From Desulfuromonadaceae bacterium (GTDB lineage Bacteria; Desulfobacterota; Desulfuromonadia; Geobacterales; Pseudopelobacteraceae): a stretch of 64,000 nt of DNA. The notes under the pieces were generated by a model. The model ran no database searches. It was given only the letters and a program-made list of their open reading frames with translations, and was not told where the DNA came from. Made by a program: the position numbers and the translations under genes. Where the stretch lies: contig JAQTQX010000019.1 of the NCBI GenBank assembly GCA_028712075.1, forward strand, positions 25,896 through 89,895. Reading direction: 5' to 3'. How positions within the stretch are numbered: the stretch's first letter is position 1; every line of letters begins with the position of its first letter. Below, one piece after another: positions 1 to 8,174 of this stretch.

Positions 1-1907
1 CTCTGTTCTGTGAGATCGATTATCCAAAGGGTTTTGATACAACGAACTCTACGTATAAAGATTTATTAACAACAGTTGCAGCCATTAAAAAAGACCTTAT
101 TGTCCGGCGTTATCAAGTCATGACTTACTGTGAGTATTACAAGGGAGACGAAGGAGGGATGCCTGAAATCCCACCAGATAAAAAGGATATTTGGTTAATC
201 CTAAAACTCAAGATTTCTGGAGCAGCATATAGTCTTATCAAATATATTGATTCTGCTCTGGATGCTATTCAATTAACCGAATCGCAAATAATGCTCGTGA
301 CTAGCATGGCTGGACAAGGCAAAACGAACTTCATTTGTGATTTTGCCGAGAATTTTTGTTCAAAGTTCGATCTGCCAGCAGTTCTTATTCCTGCAAGGGA
401 ATTAAATACAGTTCCAAATCAGAGCATTGTGCAATACCTGCTAAATAACAGATACTTGTCACAGCTTAAGGATAAGTTTGAACTATTTGGCTTTTTTGAG
501 CAAGTCGCGGTTTCATCAAACAAGCCTTTTGTAATTTTGGTTGATGGCTTGAATGAGATAAAAAACACAGAGTCATTCCGTACAGAAATCAACGATGTTC
601 TAACTATCGCCTCAGAGTACCAATCCATAAAATTCATATTGACCTGTAGAACAGAATTTTTTGAACAAAAATTTTCATATCTTCTGAACAGCAGTTATTC
701 AGAAAAAGTGTATCATTTAAAGAATTTAAAAGCTGAGATGGAGGATTTTCATCTTAACCAAGCACTTGCTGCATATTTCAATTTTTTCAATATCACTGCT
801 GATTTAAGTGAGAATGCTACGGATTTTCTTAAACGTGATCTTCTTCTACTTAGGATTTTCTGTGAAAATAGCCAAGGTTGTAATCTTGGAAAAATTGACG
901 ACATTTATAAGGAAGAATTATTTGAGAATTATCTCTTGAAGGTAATTGATGGATTTGGCAGAAACACGAAGAAAATGGCGTTGCCAACGTTGTTCAAGCT
1001 TGTTAATGCAATGATAGAGGATGGCAGCCTTGCGAGCATGTCTACTGAGAAATTTAGTAGTGCAGAGTTAGAAGTCATAGAGCACCTCGTCAACGACGAG
1101 ATAATATTGCGGCATGAGATGCCGGAAATAGGACTGATGGCAATCGGTCATGAGTACGTAAATTTCACATATGATGAGCTTAGAGACTTTATTATTGCCT
1201 ACTATCTAGTGATGGATGTGTCTGGCCGAGATTTTGTTGAGTATAAACGGCTTGTTTCAAGAATAACAAAAGGGCAAGCCTATGAAGGTATGACAAAATT
1301 TTCCTACATACTCTCAAGAAAACATCATGTGGATGCAGTATCATCATTTATTGAAGAGCAGGATGATTTTTTATATAACTACTCAATATTGTTGCATTCG
1401 TTTTCACCCAAATATCACATTCAAAAAGACATTCAAATTATTCAGAATATACTATCAAGTAATAAACATGCACTAATGGTCAGAAGAACGGCTGCATATT
1501 TATTTAACCGTGACAAATTCAATGAAATACTCAACCTAAATATTCTCGTAAACCACATCAACTCTCTTGGTGATGATGATTACGTTACCTTCCTAAGAAC
1601 AATCTTTGATACCTACGGATATAGTCATCGCGAAGACTCACAACCAGGTAAGCTAGTAAAAAGTTATACCAACGACGTGTACAAGGTGATTGATTCATTG
1701 AAGGATGATCTTTTCATTTTTCTTTTGCAGGCAGCATCATCAACACGAGGTGGTACATATTATGACTTCGTAAATGCCTGCGTTAATGCTTATAGAGATA
1801 ATAGAAAGCTGAATTGTTTTGAGTATGTAGCTAAAGCTAAGTCTAGGCAAGTTCAGCAGATTGTTGGTGAGATTATAACGCGAGGGGATTATGCGCAAAA
1901 AAAATAA
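1..1907 (+). CDS. NACHT-type STAND P-loop NTPase (NLR-like), possibly 5'-partial
   Basis: The reading frame is open from the window edge to 1907, with no stop between nt 3 and 1907. The first in-window ATG is at 120 and has no convincing RBS. Walker A is SMAGQGKTN and Walker B is FVILVDGLNE, followed by FILTCRTE, which together form the NACHT/STAND signature. The long helical C-terminal region has no recognisable repeats. Codon usage is AT-rich. Confidence 0.75.
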   Translation, partial: LFCEIDYPKGFDTTNSTYKDLLTTVAAIKKDLIVRRYQVMTYCEYYKGDEGGMPEIPPDKKDIWLILKLKISGAAYSLIKYIDSALDAIQLTESQIMLVTSMAGQGKTNFICDFAENFCSKFDLPAVLIPARELNTVPNQSIVQYLLNNRYLSQLKDKFELFGFFEQVAVSSNKPFVILVDGLNEIKNTESFRTEINDVLTIASEYQSIKFILTCRTEFFEQKFSYLLNSSYSEKVYHLKNLKAEMEDFHLNQALAAYFNFFNITADLSENATDFLKRDLLLLRIFCENSQGCNLGKIDDIYKEELFENYLLKVIDGFGRNTKKMALPTLFKLVNAMIEDGSLASMSTEKFSSAELEVIEHLVNDEIILRHEMPEIGLMAIGHEYVNFTYDELRDFIIAYYLVMDVSGRDFVEYKRLVSRITKGQAYEGMTKFSYILSRKHHVDAVSSFIEEQDDFLYNYSILLHSFSPKYHIQKDIQIIQNILSSNKHALMVRRTAAYLFNRDKFNEILNLNILVNHINSLGDDDYVTFLRTIFDTYGYSHREDSQPGKLVKSYTNDVYKVIDSLKDDLFIFLLQAASSTRGGTYYDFVNACVNAYRDNRKLNCFEYVAKAKSRQVQQIVGEIITRGDYAQKK

Positions 1908-2253
1908 TTCGCTTCTGCTTCATCTTGATTCGATTCCAACATTTGAAGAATTTTCTGCTCAGATGAAGGTCTCTCCCAATGGATTTGGGTCTATCGTCTT
2001 GCGCTATGTTTATAGAAATATTTTCATCGACTCTGACGACCTACTTGAAGAGTACAATAAATACTACTCGGTAGAGTATCAAACTTTTTGCGCCTTCCTA
2101 TCTAAAAAAATTGGAGTTGAAATAGCTCCGACTGAAATTGAGGCAAAACATATTTTACGCATAGATCCATGGTTCACGCTACTCGATCCAATATACGACA
2201 ATAATTTTTTAGAAATGATAATAGGCCATTTGGGAGTTCACCGTGAAAATTAA
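1891..2253 (+). CDS. hypothetical protein (120 aa), translationally coupled to the NTPase gene
   Basis: ATG 1891 overlaps the NTPase stop codon by 17 nt. It shares the AT-rich codon style of its neighbours. I recognise no domain. Confidence 0.5.
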   Translation: MRKKNNSLLLHLDSIPTFEEFSAQMKVSPNGFGSIVLRYVYRNIFIDSDDLLEEYNKYYSVEYQTFCAFLSKKIGVEIAPTEIEAKHILRIDPWFTLLDPIYDNNFLEMIIGHLGVHREN

Positions 2254-2254
2254 A

Positions 2255-2641
2255 ATGGATTTTGTGTCTAACAGCTCATCAACATCATTCATTTACATGG
2301 GCAATGGCAATCTCAGCAAAAAAGTTTTTTTTGCAGCTGTTGGAGTTGCTAAGGATAGTCCTTTGATTGAAATATTTGATAGTCTTTATTATGCAATAAC
2401 AAGTGCAATCGATTCAGGAGAAAAAATCATCAATGAGGCTCAACTTGAACAGAAAGTTGAATATCCCGATTTTACAAAAGAAGTAATTGAAAAAGCAAAA
2501 GACGCCTTGGCTCAAGGGAAAAATGTCGTAATTGCAAAATTAAGCAGTGATGGCGACATCGGTGAAAGCTTTCTGTGCATGGAGGCTTTTGAAATTCTTT
2601 CATCGGACTTTTATTTAAGCGCCCTTGACAATTATTGGTGA
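2255..2641 (+). CDS. hypothetical protein (~128 aa)
   Basis: ATG 2255 lies 1 nt after the previous stop; an alternative GTG at 2243 overlaps it. The N-terminus has the Ser-rich motif FVSNSSSTSF. I recognise no family. Confidence 0.5.
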   Translation: MDFVSNSSSTSFIYMGNGNLSKKVFFAAVGVAKDSPLIEIFDSLYYAITSAIDSGEKIINEAQLEQKVEYPDFTKEVIEKAKDALAQGKNVVIAKLSSDGDIGESFLCMEAFEILSSDFYLSALDNYW

Positions 2642-2644
2642 ATT

Positions 2645-3673
2645 ATGAAAATGCGGCGCTATCAAGAGTTAGGCTATACAACATTATTTAACGCCAATAC
2701 GGGATTTTTTGCCCGGATTGAGGACAAAGGAAAAGCCGAACCATTCTGGGCCCAAAATGGTCCTGAGTTACTTGATATTGCCATAACCAGTTGGTGTGAT
2801 AAAGGATGTGACTTCTGTTATCGAAGTGCTGGGACTGATGGTAAACATATGTCACTAGATGACTACCGGCGTCTGATCGATCTGGCGGCCTCTATAGGGG
2901 TATATCAGGTTGCTCTCGGAGGTGGTAATCCAAACCAACATCCCGATTTTATTGAGATGCTAGAATATACCCAACATAAAGGAATTGTTCCAAACTATAC
3001 GACGAATGGCAGAGGGCTCACTACTGAAATTATTAAAGCATCAAAAATGTATTGTGGAGCGGTCGCCGTTAGCGCATATGAACCATATATTGAGACTGCG
3101 ACCGCTATTAAAAATCTTCTTGAATCAAATATTAAAGTTAATGTTCATTTTGTCCTTAGTTCTAAAAGTATAGGATCTGCAATAGAGTGGTTGAATAATC
3201 CACCTAAAATAATTAATGGAATCAACGCACTAATTTTTTTAAATTACAAACCTACTGGAAGAACAGTATTTCCAGATCTGATGATTAAGGACAACCCACT
3301 ACTCAAGCAATTTTTCCGTACTGCAACATCAATTCGCTACCCTTTTAAAATTGGTTTTGACTCTTGTAGCATCAGCGGTGTGTTTTCGCATACAGACGCA
3401 AGCTCGTCAATGGTAGAAGCTTGTGACGCCGGAAGGTTTTCAATGTTTATATCTGAAGAAATGAAAGCCTATCCATGTTCATTTTACAAAGCTTTTTCCG
3501 ATGGAGAACCCATAACAGACAAATCAAGTTTCATAAGTATTTGGCAAAATTCGCATGATTTCAACGGAGCGAGGGAATACTTTCGCTCTGATAGCTGCAA
3601 ATGCGATATCAAAAGAAAGTGTTTAAATGGCTGTCCGCTGTTTACTGACCTTAAAATTTGTGGAAGAACCTGA
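2645..3673 (+). CDS. radical SAM enzyme with C-terminal SPASM/twitch-like Cys cluster
   Basis: CX3CX2C cluster WCDKGCDFCY. GGE-like SAM motif ALGGGNP. C-terminal ACDAGRFSMFISEEMKAYPC followed by CKCDIKRKCLNGCP, resembling an auxiliary Fe-S (SPASM) domain. Only a 3-nt gap separates it from the upstream ORF. Confidence 0.85.
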   Translation: MKMRRYQELGYTTLFNANTGFFARIEDKGKAEPFWAQNGPELLDIAITSWCDKGCDFCYRSAGTDGKHMSLDDYRRLIDLAASIGVYQVALGGGNPNQHPDFIEMLEYTQHKGIVPNYTTNGRGLTTEIIKASKMYCGAVAVSAYEPYIETATAIKNLLESNIKVNVHFVLSSKSIGSAIEWLNNPPKIINGINALIFLNYKPTGRTVFPDLMIKDNPLLKQFFRTATSIRYPFKIGFDSCSISGVFSHTDASSSMVEACDAGRFSMFISEEMKAYPCSFYKAFSDGEPITDKSSFISIWQNSHDFNGAREYFRSDSCKCDIKRKCLNGCPLFTDLKICGRT

Positions 3674-3749
3674 TGGATAATGGTGGCTTATAGCGTCTAT
3701 GATAGGACTGTTTTCCACTAACCATCTATTTCGATTAAGGAAAGATTCA

Positions 3750-4640
3750 ATGAATATGTTGATTCTCAACATCCCCACAGCCATATTCTTACTTTCTCTG
3801 CTGTTCCCTCTCGCTGCAATATTCTGGTTTCGCCATTCTTGCAATAAGCACCGCACACCATTAACTCAAGATCTCTTGCGTGGCCCAGGGGATTCAATCC
3901 GCAAGGTAATCCAAAAAGTAGATGAGGATATTGACACTTACCTTATGATGATAGTCGTACTTCCCGTTACATGCTACGCAGTGTATATCACAGACCGGTA
4001 TGCAGCCAAGGATCATGCTCATTGGGTTGTTTATGTTCTCATCCTAGTTCTATCCCTTATATATTTTACCTTAAAGCTTGCACAAAGCCTCAAACAGCGT
4101 AACAACCTGCGTCTCGGCCTGGATTGCGAAATAGCCGTCGGGCAGGAACTGAACCGACTGATGCTTGGCGGTCATCACGTCTATCATGACTTCCTCGCCG
4201 ATAAATTCAATATTGATCATGTTGTTGTCGGGCCGAACGGTGTCTTTGCAGTGGAAACCAAAGGTCGGGCAAAATCAGACAAAAATCGTGAAGCTGATGA
4301 TGTGAAGGTGATTTTTGATGGCGATGTCTTGAAGTTTCCTGAGTGGACAGAGCGTAACTATCTGCCCCAAGCTCGACGGCAGGCCGATTGGCTGGCAAAC
4401 TGGCTCAGTAGTGCAGTTGGAGAAAAGATACCGGTAAAACCTGTGTTGGTTATTACGGGCTGGTTTGTGACAATCCTGAAGCCGTGTGATGTGCTGCTGG
4501 CGAGTGGGAAAAACATTCACCTCGTTATTCCCAAGCAGCGGGAAAATACCCTTACAGGCGAGCAGATTACACGTATTGCCCACCAGCTTGAGCAAAAATG
4601 CCGTAACGTGGAGCCGTTGGCATACAAGAAGAATCCCTGA
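3750..4640 (+). CDS. membrane-anchored NERD-domain (nuclease-related) protein
   Basis: Three N-terminal hydrophobic segments precede the NERD core HVYHDFLADKFNIDHVVVGPNGVFAVETKG. An AAGGAAAG RBS lies upstream of ATG 3750. The open frame extends back to 3699. Confidence 0.8.
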   Translation: MNMLILNIPTAIFLLSLLFPLAAIFWFRHSCNKHRTPLTQDLLRGPGDSIRKVIQKVDEDIDTYLMMIVVLPVTCYAVYITDRYAAKDHAHWVVYVLILVLSLIYFTLKLAQSLKQRNNLRLGLDCEIAVGQELNRLMLGGHHVYHDFLADKFNIDHVVVGPNGVFAVETKGRAKSDKNREADDVKVIFDGDVLKFPEWTERNYLPQARRQADWLANWLSSAVGEKIPVKPVLVITGWFVTILKPCDVLLASGKNIHLVIPKQRENTLTGEQITRIAHQLEQKCRNVEPLAYKKNP

Positions 4641-4690
4641 AATCGGTTTAGGCTCCACAACAAGCAGAGAACAATAACGGAATTCCTGAG

Positions 4691-5665
4691 ATGATCGACA
4701 TCTACATCAAATCCTTCTCCACCCTCCGCTCCGACATCAGCCGCACCCGCTGGACGGCAGCAACCAAATTCCGCGCTCCGCACAAACCGCTCCTGCTGCT
4801 GGCCGTGATCGACCTCATCGCCCAGGGCATCATAAAAACCAACTTCATCGAATTCACCCCCGACCTGGGGGAACTGTTCACCATCTACTGGTCCCGCGTC
4901 ATGCCCCCTGATCAGCGCTCAAACATCATCCTCCCGTTTTATCATCTGGGTTCCGACAAATTCTGGCACCACATCCCGAAACCTGGCATGGAAGCAGTTC
5001 TTGCCGCCACCCGCCAGATCAGGGGCGTGGCCCAGTTGCAGGAAATCGTGCTGGGGGTGAAACTTGATGATGAACTGTACACACTGCTCTGCCGGGAAGA
5101 ATCGCGCAATATGCTGAGAACCACCCTGATTGAAACCTGTTTTGCGCCGGAACTGCATGCCGCTCTGGTCGAACAGGGGATCATCAACAAGGAAGCTTTC
5201 CAATACAGCCAGACGCTTCTGGAGCAATCGCGCCATCAGCGGGTTCAGGAAGGTGAGGGTGCAGAGCAATACGCCCCGGCGGTGCGGGATCAGGCGTTCA
5301 GGCGGGTCATTGTCAGCATGTATGATCATCGTTGCGCCGTGTGCGGCATCCGCATGCTGACCGCTGATTGCCATACCGTGGTTGACGCCGCCCATATCGT
5401 GCCGTGGAGCTTGACGCATAACGACACTGTCCAGAACGGCATGGCGCTCTGCCGCCTCTGCCATTGGACTTTTGATGAGGGCTTGATCACCGTTTCCGGT
5501 TCATACGCCGTACTGGTCTCAAAACAATTATCCGCGAACAACAATATCCCAAGCCACATGCAGACCCTCTCCGGTCGCCCCATCATCGGGCCCGCCGAAC
5601 AGTTGTTTTGGCCTGAACCGGACGCGCTTCACTGGCACCAACAGAAGATCTTCAGGAAATATTGA
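4691..5665 (+). CDS. HNH endonuclease (HNH_2-type) with uncharacterised ~200-aa N-terminal domain; type IV restriction-like
   Basis: C-terminal motif HRCAVCG..HTVVDAAHIVPW..NGMALCRLCHWTFDEG. The N-terminus reads FSTLRSDISRTRWTAATKFRAPHKPLLLLAVIDLI. Confidence 0.85.
   Translation: MIDIYIKSFSTLRSDISRTRWTAATKFRAPHKPLLLLAVIDLIAQGIIKTNFIEFTPDLGELFTIYWSRVMPPDQRSNIILPFYHLGSDKFWHHIPKPGMEAVLAATRQIRGVAQLQEIVLGVKLDDELYTLLCREESRNMLRTTLIETCFAPELHAALVEQGIINKEAFQYSQTLLEQSRHQRVQEGEGAEQYAPAVRDQAFRRVIVSMYDHRCAVCGIRMLTADCHTVVDAAHIVPWSLTHNDTVQNGMALCRLCHWTFDEGLITVSGSYAVLVSKQLSANNNIPSHMQTLSGRPIIGPAEQLFWPEPDALHWHQQKIFRKY
4713..4818 (+). repeat. Direct repeat copy A (5' end of the intact HNH gene)
   Basis: The core CTTCTCCACCCTCCGCTCCGACA.CAGCCGC.CCCGCTGGACGGCAGCAACCAAAT.CCGCGC.CCGCACAA.CCGCTCCTGCTGCTGGCCGT is shared with copies at 5811, 6661 and 8581. 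Confidence 0.9.
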
Positions 5666-5694
5666 TGTTCCTGATCGAATGGCAATCAGTGTCA

Positions 5695-5781
5695 GACCAT
5701 TTTCCTGACTTCAGGAAAATGGTCTTTGTGAAGCTTCCAACCATGAAATTTTGGGCCATTTTGTTGACGTTAACAAAATGG
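5695..5781. repeat. Two adjacent hairpins sharing a CCATTTT motif
   Basis: Hairpin 1 is GACCATTTTCCT (5695-5706) paired with AGGAAAATGGTC (5713-5724). Hairpin 2 is CCATTTTGTT (5756-5765) paired with AACAAAATGG (5772-5781). They lie between the HNH stop codon and repeat copy B. Confidence 0.8.
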
Positions 5782-5787
5782 TCGATC

Positions 5788-5897
5788 TGGCTCACCCACT
5801 ACCTGAAAACCTTCTCCACCCTCCGCTCCGACACCAGCCGCTCCAGCTGGACAGCCGCAACCAAATACCGTGCCCGCATAAGCCGCTCCTGGCTGAC
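5788..5897 (+). pseudogene. Orphan 5' fragment of an HNH-endonuclease paralogue (repeat copy B)
   Basis: It translates as WLTHYLKTFSTLRSDTSRSSWTAATKYRA. The start codon position is mutated and there is a 1-nt deletion relative to the other copies. Similarity ends near 5897, next to the PIN gene stop. Confidence 0.8.
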
Positions 5898-5902
5898 GGT
5901 AG

Positions 5903-6316
5903 TTACTCTTTCTGCTCCAGAAACTGCGCCGGAGTCATAATGGGAATGTTGCGATAGGAACCAAGGCCGAGCAGATGCGGATCTCCGGAGATAATGGCCG
6001 AGGCGTTGGCGGCGACGGCGCAGGCCAGGAATTTGTCGTCGTCAGGATCTTCGACAATTACGGCGACTGGTTCCTTCGGTTGCACAAAGCGTGACCAGGA
6101 AAAGACAAATTCAAGTATGTTTACTTGCAAGGTGGAGGAAAATTTGAGTTTAGGGTAGGCAACGACACGTTGAAGCTCTGCGTAGATGTCGTTGGTGATG
6201 CAGTTGACAACCTTCCGCTGCTCCATCAGACTCAGCACAGCTTCCGGCTTGCCATCCCAGCCGAAGGCCGAGATGAAAACATTGGTGTCGATGACTATTT
6301 TTGTGACCGCGCCCAC
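5903..6316 (-). CDS. PIN-domain toxin (type II TA system)
   Basis: KIVIDTNVFISAF, DPDDDKFLACAVAANA and IISGDPHLL are typical of PIN-family toxins. It has a GTG start and overlaps the upstream small ORF by 22 nt. Confidence 0.85.
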   Translation of the reverse strand: MGAVTKIVIDTNVFISAFGWDGKPEAVLSLMEQRKVVNCITNDIYAELQRVVAYPKLKFSSTLQVNILEFVFSWSRFVQPKEPVAVIVEDPDDDKFLACAVAANASAIISGDPHLLGLGSYRNIPIMTPAQFLEQKE

Positions 6317-6522
6317 AAGACCGCCTCGGCAGCTGTTTCAGGTGCCAGTTTTGACCGTTTAGCCGTCCGTGAGGCTTCGCGGGTAATTTCTGCCAGCGGG
6401 AGTGGTGTATAAAGTTTCTTTTTGAAGAGCTGGTCGATCAGTTTTTTCAGCCCTTCGGGAGGAAATTGAGCCAGAGTTTCCACAAGTTGGTTGTTATTCA
6501 CCTGAATAGTCGGATTGTTCAT
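6295..6522 (-). CDS. putative cognate antitoxin (75 aa, family not recognised)
   Basis: ATG 6522 is preceded by a GGGAG RBS. The ORF overlaps the PIN start, which is the classic antitoxin-toxin arrangement. The longer 139-aa ORF in the track runs into repeat copy C and is not credible. Confidence 0.6.
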   Translation of the reverse strand: MNNPTIQVNNNQLVETLAQFPPEGLKKLIDQLFKKKLYTPLPLAEITREASRTAKRSKLAPETAAEAVLWARSQK

Positions 6523-6639
6523 ACCTGCTCCCTTTAGTGCGTCAACCTCTGTCGATATCGCGGAACGACCACCCCCGAAAAGGGAGGACTTGCTACATAA
6601 CAAGTGTGTTGATCGTACTGAGAAAATATCATGTTCTAC

Positions 6640-6765
6640 AATTAAATCCATAAAAAACAACTTCTCCCCCCTCCGCTCCGACACCAGCCGCTCCCGCTGG
6701 ACGGCAGCAACCAATTACCGCGCCCCGCACAAGCCGCTCTTGCTGCTGGCCGTTATCGACCTCAT
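6640..6765 (+). pseudogene. Orphan 5' fragment of an HNH-endonuclease paralogue (repeat copy C)
   Basis: It translates as IKSIKNNFSPLRSDTSRSRWTAATNYRAPHKPLLLLAVIDLI and has no start codon. Similarity stops at 6765. Confidence 0.8.
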
Positions 6766-6777
6766 TTATTTTAAATC

Positions 6778-6816
6778 ACAATGCATATTTAAATTATAAC
6801 TTTAAATATGCATTGT
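6778..6816. repeat. Perfect 16-bp-arm palindrome (ACAATGCATATTTAAA-N7-TTTAAATATGCATTGT)
   Basis: Arms are at 6778-6793 and 6801-6816. It begins 12 nt after the breakpoint of repeat C and ends 1 nt before ATG 6818. Confidence 0.9.
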
Positions 6817-6817
6817 T

Positions 6818-8044
6818 ATGCCGTCCTGTTCATGCTACTCTCCTCTCATGACCTACATTCCCCGTGACATCGAAACACGACTGGTGCGACTGCTCGCATC
6901 TTCTCCCTGCGTAGCAGTTACCGGCCCGCGCCAGGCCGGCAAGTCAACCCTGCTCAGGCACTGCCTTCCAGACTATCAATACGTTACCCTGGATGACCCG
7001 TTTTACCGGGAACAGGCCCATGCCGACCCGCTGCTCTTTCTGGACTCACTGGGAGAACGGTCTATCATCGACGAAATTCAGCTTGCGCCAAGTCTGCTCT
7101 CCTATGTCAAAATCCGGGTGGATAACCGGCGCAGTGTCAAAGGACAGTATGTCTTTACCGGCTCGCAGCAGTTCGGTCTGATCAAGAACCTGAGCGATTC
7201 GCTGGCCGGACGGATTGCTCTGCTGGAGCTGCTTCCGTTGTCGGTGGCCGAGAAACGGCGGTATCTGCCGCTACCGGATACCATCAGCCTGTTCAGGCAT
7301 GCGGCCCTGAGCGGCTGCTATCCCGAGCTGGTCGTGGATGAGGCCGTCGATCTGCCGTCGTGGTACGCCTCCTATCTGCAGACCTATCTGGAGCGCGATA
7401 TCCGCACACTCTACAATATCGGCGATTTGCGTGACTTCCAGCGGTTTGTGCGCCTGCTCGCGGCCCGCTGCGGTCAACAATTGAACATGTCCGATTTCAG
7501 CCGCGATCTGGGCATCTCCGTCCCGACCATTAAAAGCTGGCTCTCGATCCTGGAGGCCAGCCGGGTGGTCTATCTGCTGCCGCCGTACTATGCCAACATG
7601 GGCAAACGCATCACCAAGTCGCCCAAGGTCTATTTCATCGATATCGGTCTGGCCTGCAACCTGGCCGGGGTGCGGGATGAAGCACATCTCTTCAACGGTC
7701 CGATGGCTGGTCATCTGTTCGAAAACTTCTGCATACAGGAAACGGTCAAGTTTTTTCTGGGGAAGGGTGTACAGCCGCCGTTGTACTACATCAGGACCGG
7801 CAACGGCCTGGAGGTTGACCTGCTCGTCGAACCGTCAGCCGGGGTTCTGATTCCTGTGGAGATCAAACTTGGCAAAACTCCAACTCCGCAGCAGGCCCGG
7901 ACTCTGGCTTCCTTCCGTGCATCGTTCGCCCAGCTTGATCCGAAGCCTGGTCTACTGCTCTCACTTGCCGATCAGACCCGTTCGCTGACCCGCGAAGTTA
8001 CGGCGGTTACGCTGGATGATTATTTCGGACGGTTGGAAGGCTAA
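6818..8044 (+). CDS. AAA-family ATPase with DUF4143-like C-terminal domain
   Basis: Walker A is VAVTGPRQAGKSTLL and Walker B-like is SIIDEIQ. The C-terminal region (KVYFIDIGL..., LFENF) is typical of AAA_14/DUF4143 ATPases. An alternative start exists at 6848. Confidence 0.8.
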   Translation: MPSCSCYSPLMTYIPRDIETRLVRLLASSPCVAVTGPRQAGKSTLLRHCLPDYQYVTLDDPFYREQAHADPLLFLDSLGERSIIDEIQLAPSLLSYVKIRVDNRRSVKGQYVFTGSQQFGLIKNLSDSLAGRIALLELLPLSVAEKRRYLPLPDTISLFRHAALSGCYPELVVDEAVDLPSWYASYLQTYLERDIRTLYNIGDLRDFQRFVRLLAARCGQQLNMSDFSRDLGISVPTIKSWLSILEASRVVYLLPPYYANMGKRITKSPKVYFIDIGLACNLAGVRDEAHLFNGPMAGHLFENFCIQETVKFFLGKGVQPPLYYIRTGNGLEVDLLVEPSAGVLIPVEIKLGKTPTPQQARTLASFRASFAQLDPKPGLLLSLADQTRSLTREVTAVTLDDYFGRLEG

Positions 8045-8070
8045 GTACACAGAGGCGGGGTCTGCCATGA

Positions 8071-8172
8071 CATGAGACAATTATAGGAGAAATCAAAGGC
8101 GGAGACAAGTCAACCCAGCACAAGGATATTGAAACGGCAAAAGCTTACTGGAAGCGACAAAGGGAGAAATAG
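8071..8172 (+). pseudogene. C-terminal remnant of a HigB/RelE-type addiction-module killer protein
   Basis: It translates as ..IIGEIKGGDKSTQHKDIETAKAYWKRQREK*. GGDKSTQ.KDI is the conserved C-terminus of this toxin family. Only about 33 codons remain, directly upstream of the antidote gene. Confidence 0.6.
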
Positions 8173-8174
8173 CA

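Noticed and set aside
1891-1907. A8 run (1897-1904) at the NTPase/ORF2 overlap as a programmed frameshift site fusing the two proteins
   Set aside because: A fusion would need a +1 (or -2) shift, and there is no obvious stimulatory structure. Ordinary translational coupling through the overlapping stop and start is more parsimonious. It is worth checking only if proteomics shows a fusion product.
4207-4783. Minus-strand ORFs 4207-4398, 4275-4658 and 4517-4783, and plus-strand ORF 4486-4677, around the NERD gene
   Set aside because: They are antisense or out of frame relative to the well-supported NERD CDS, and their sequences are junk-like.
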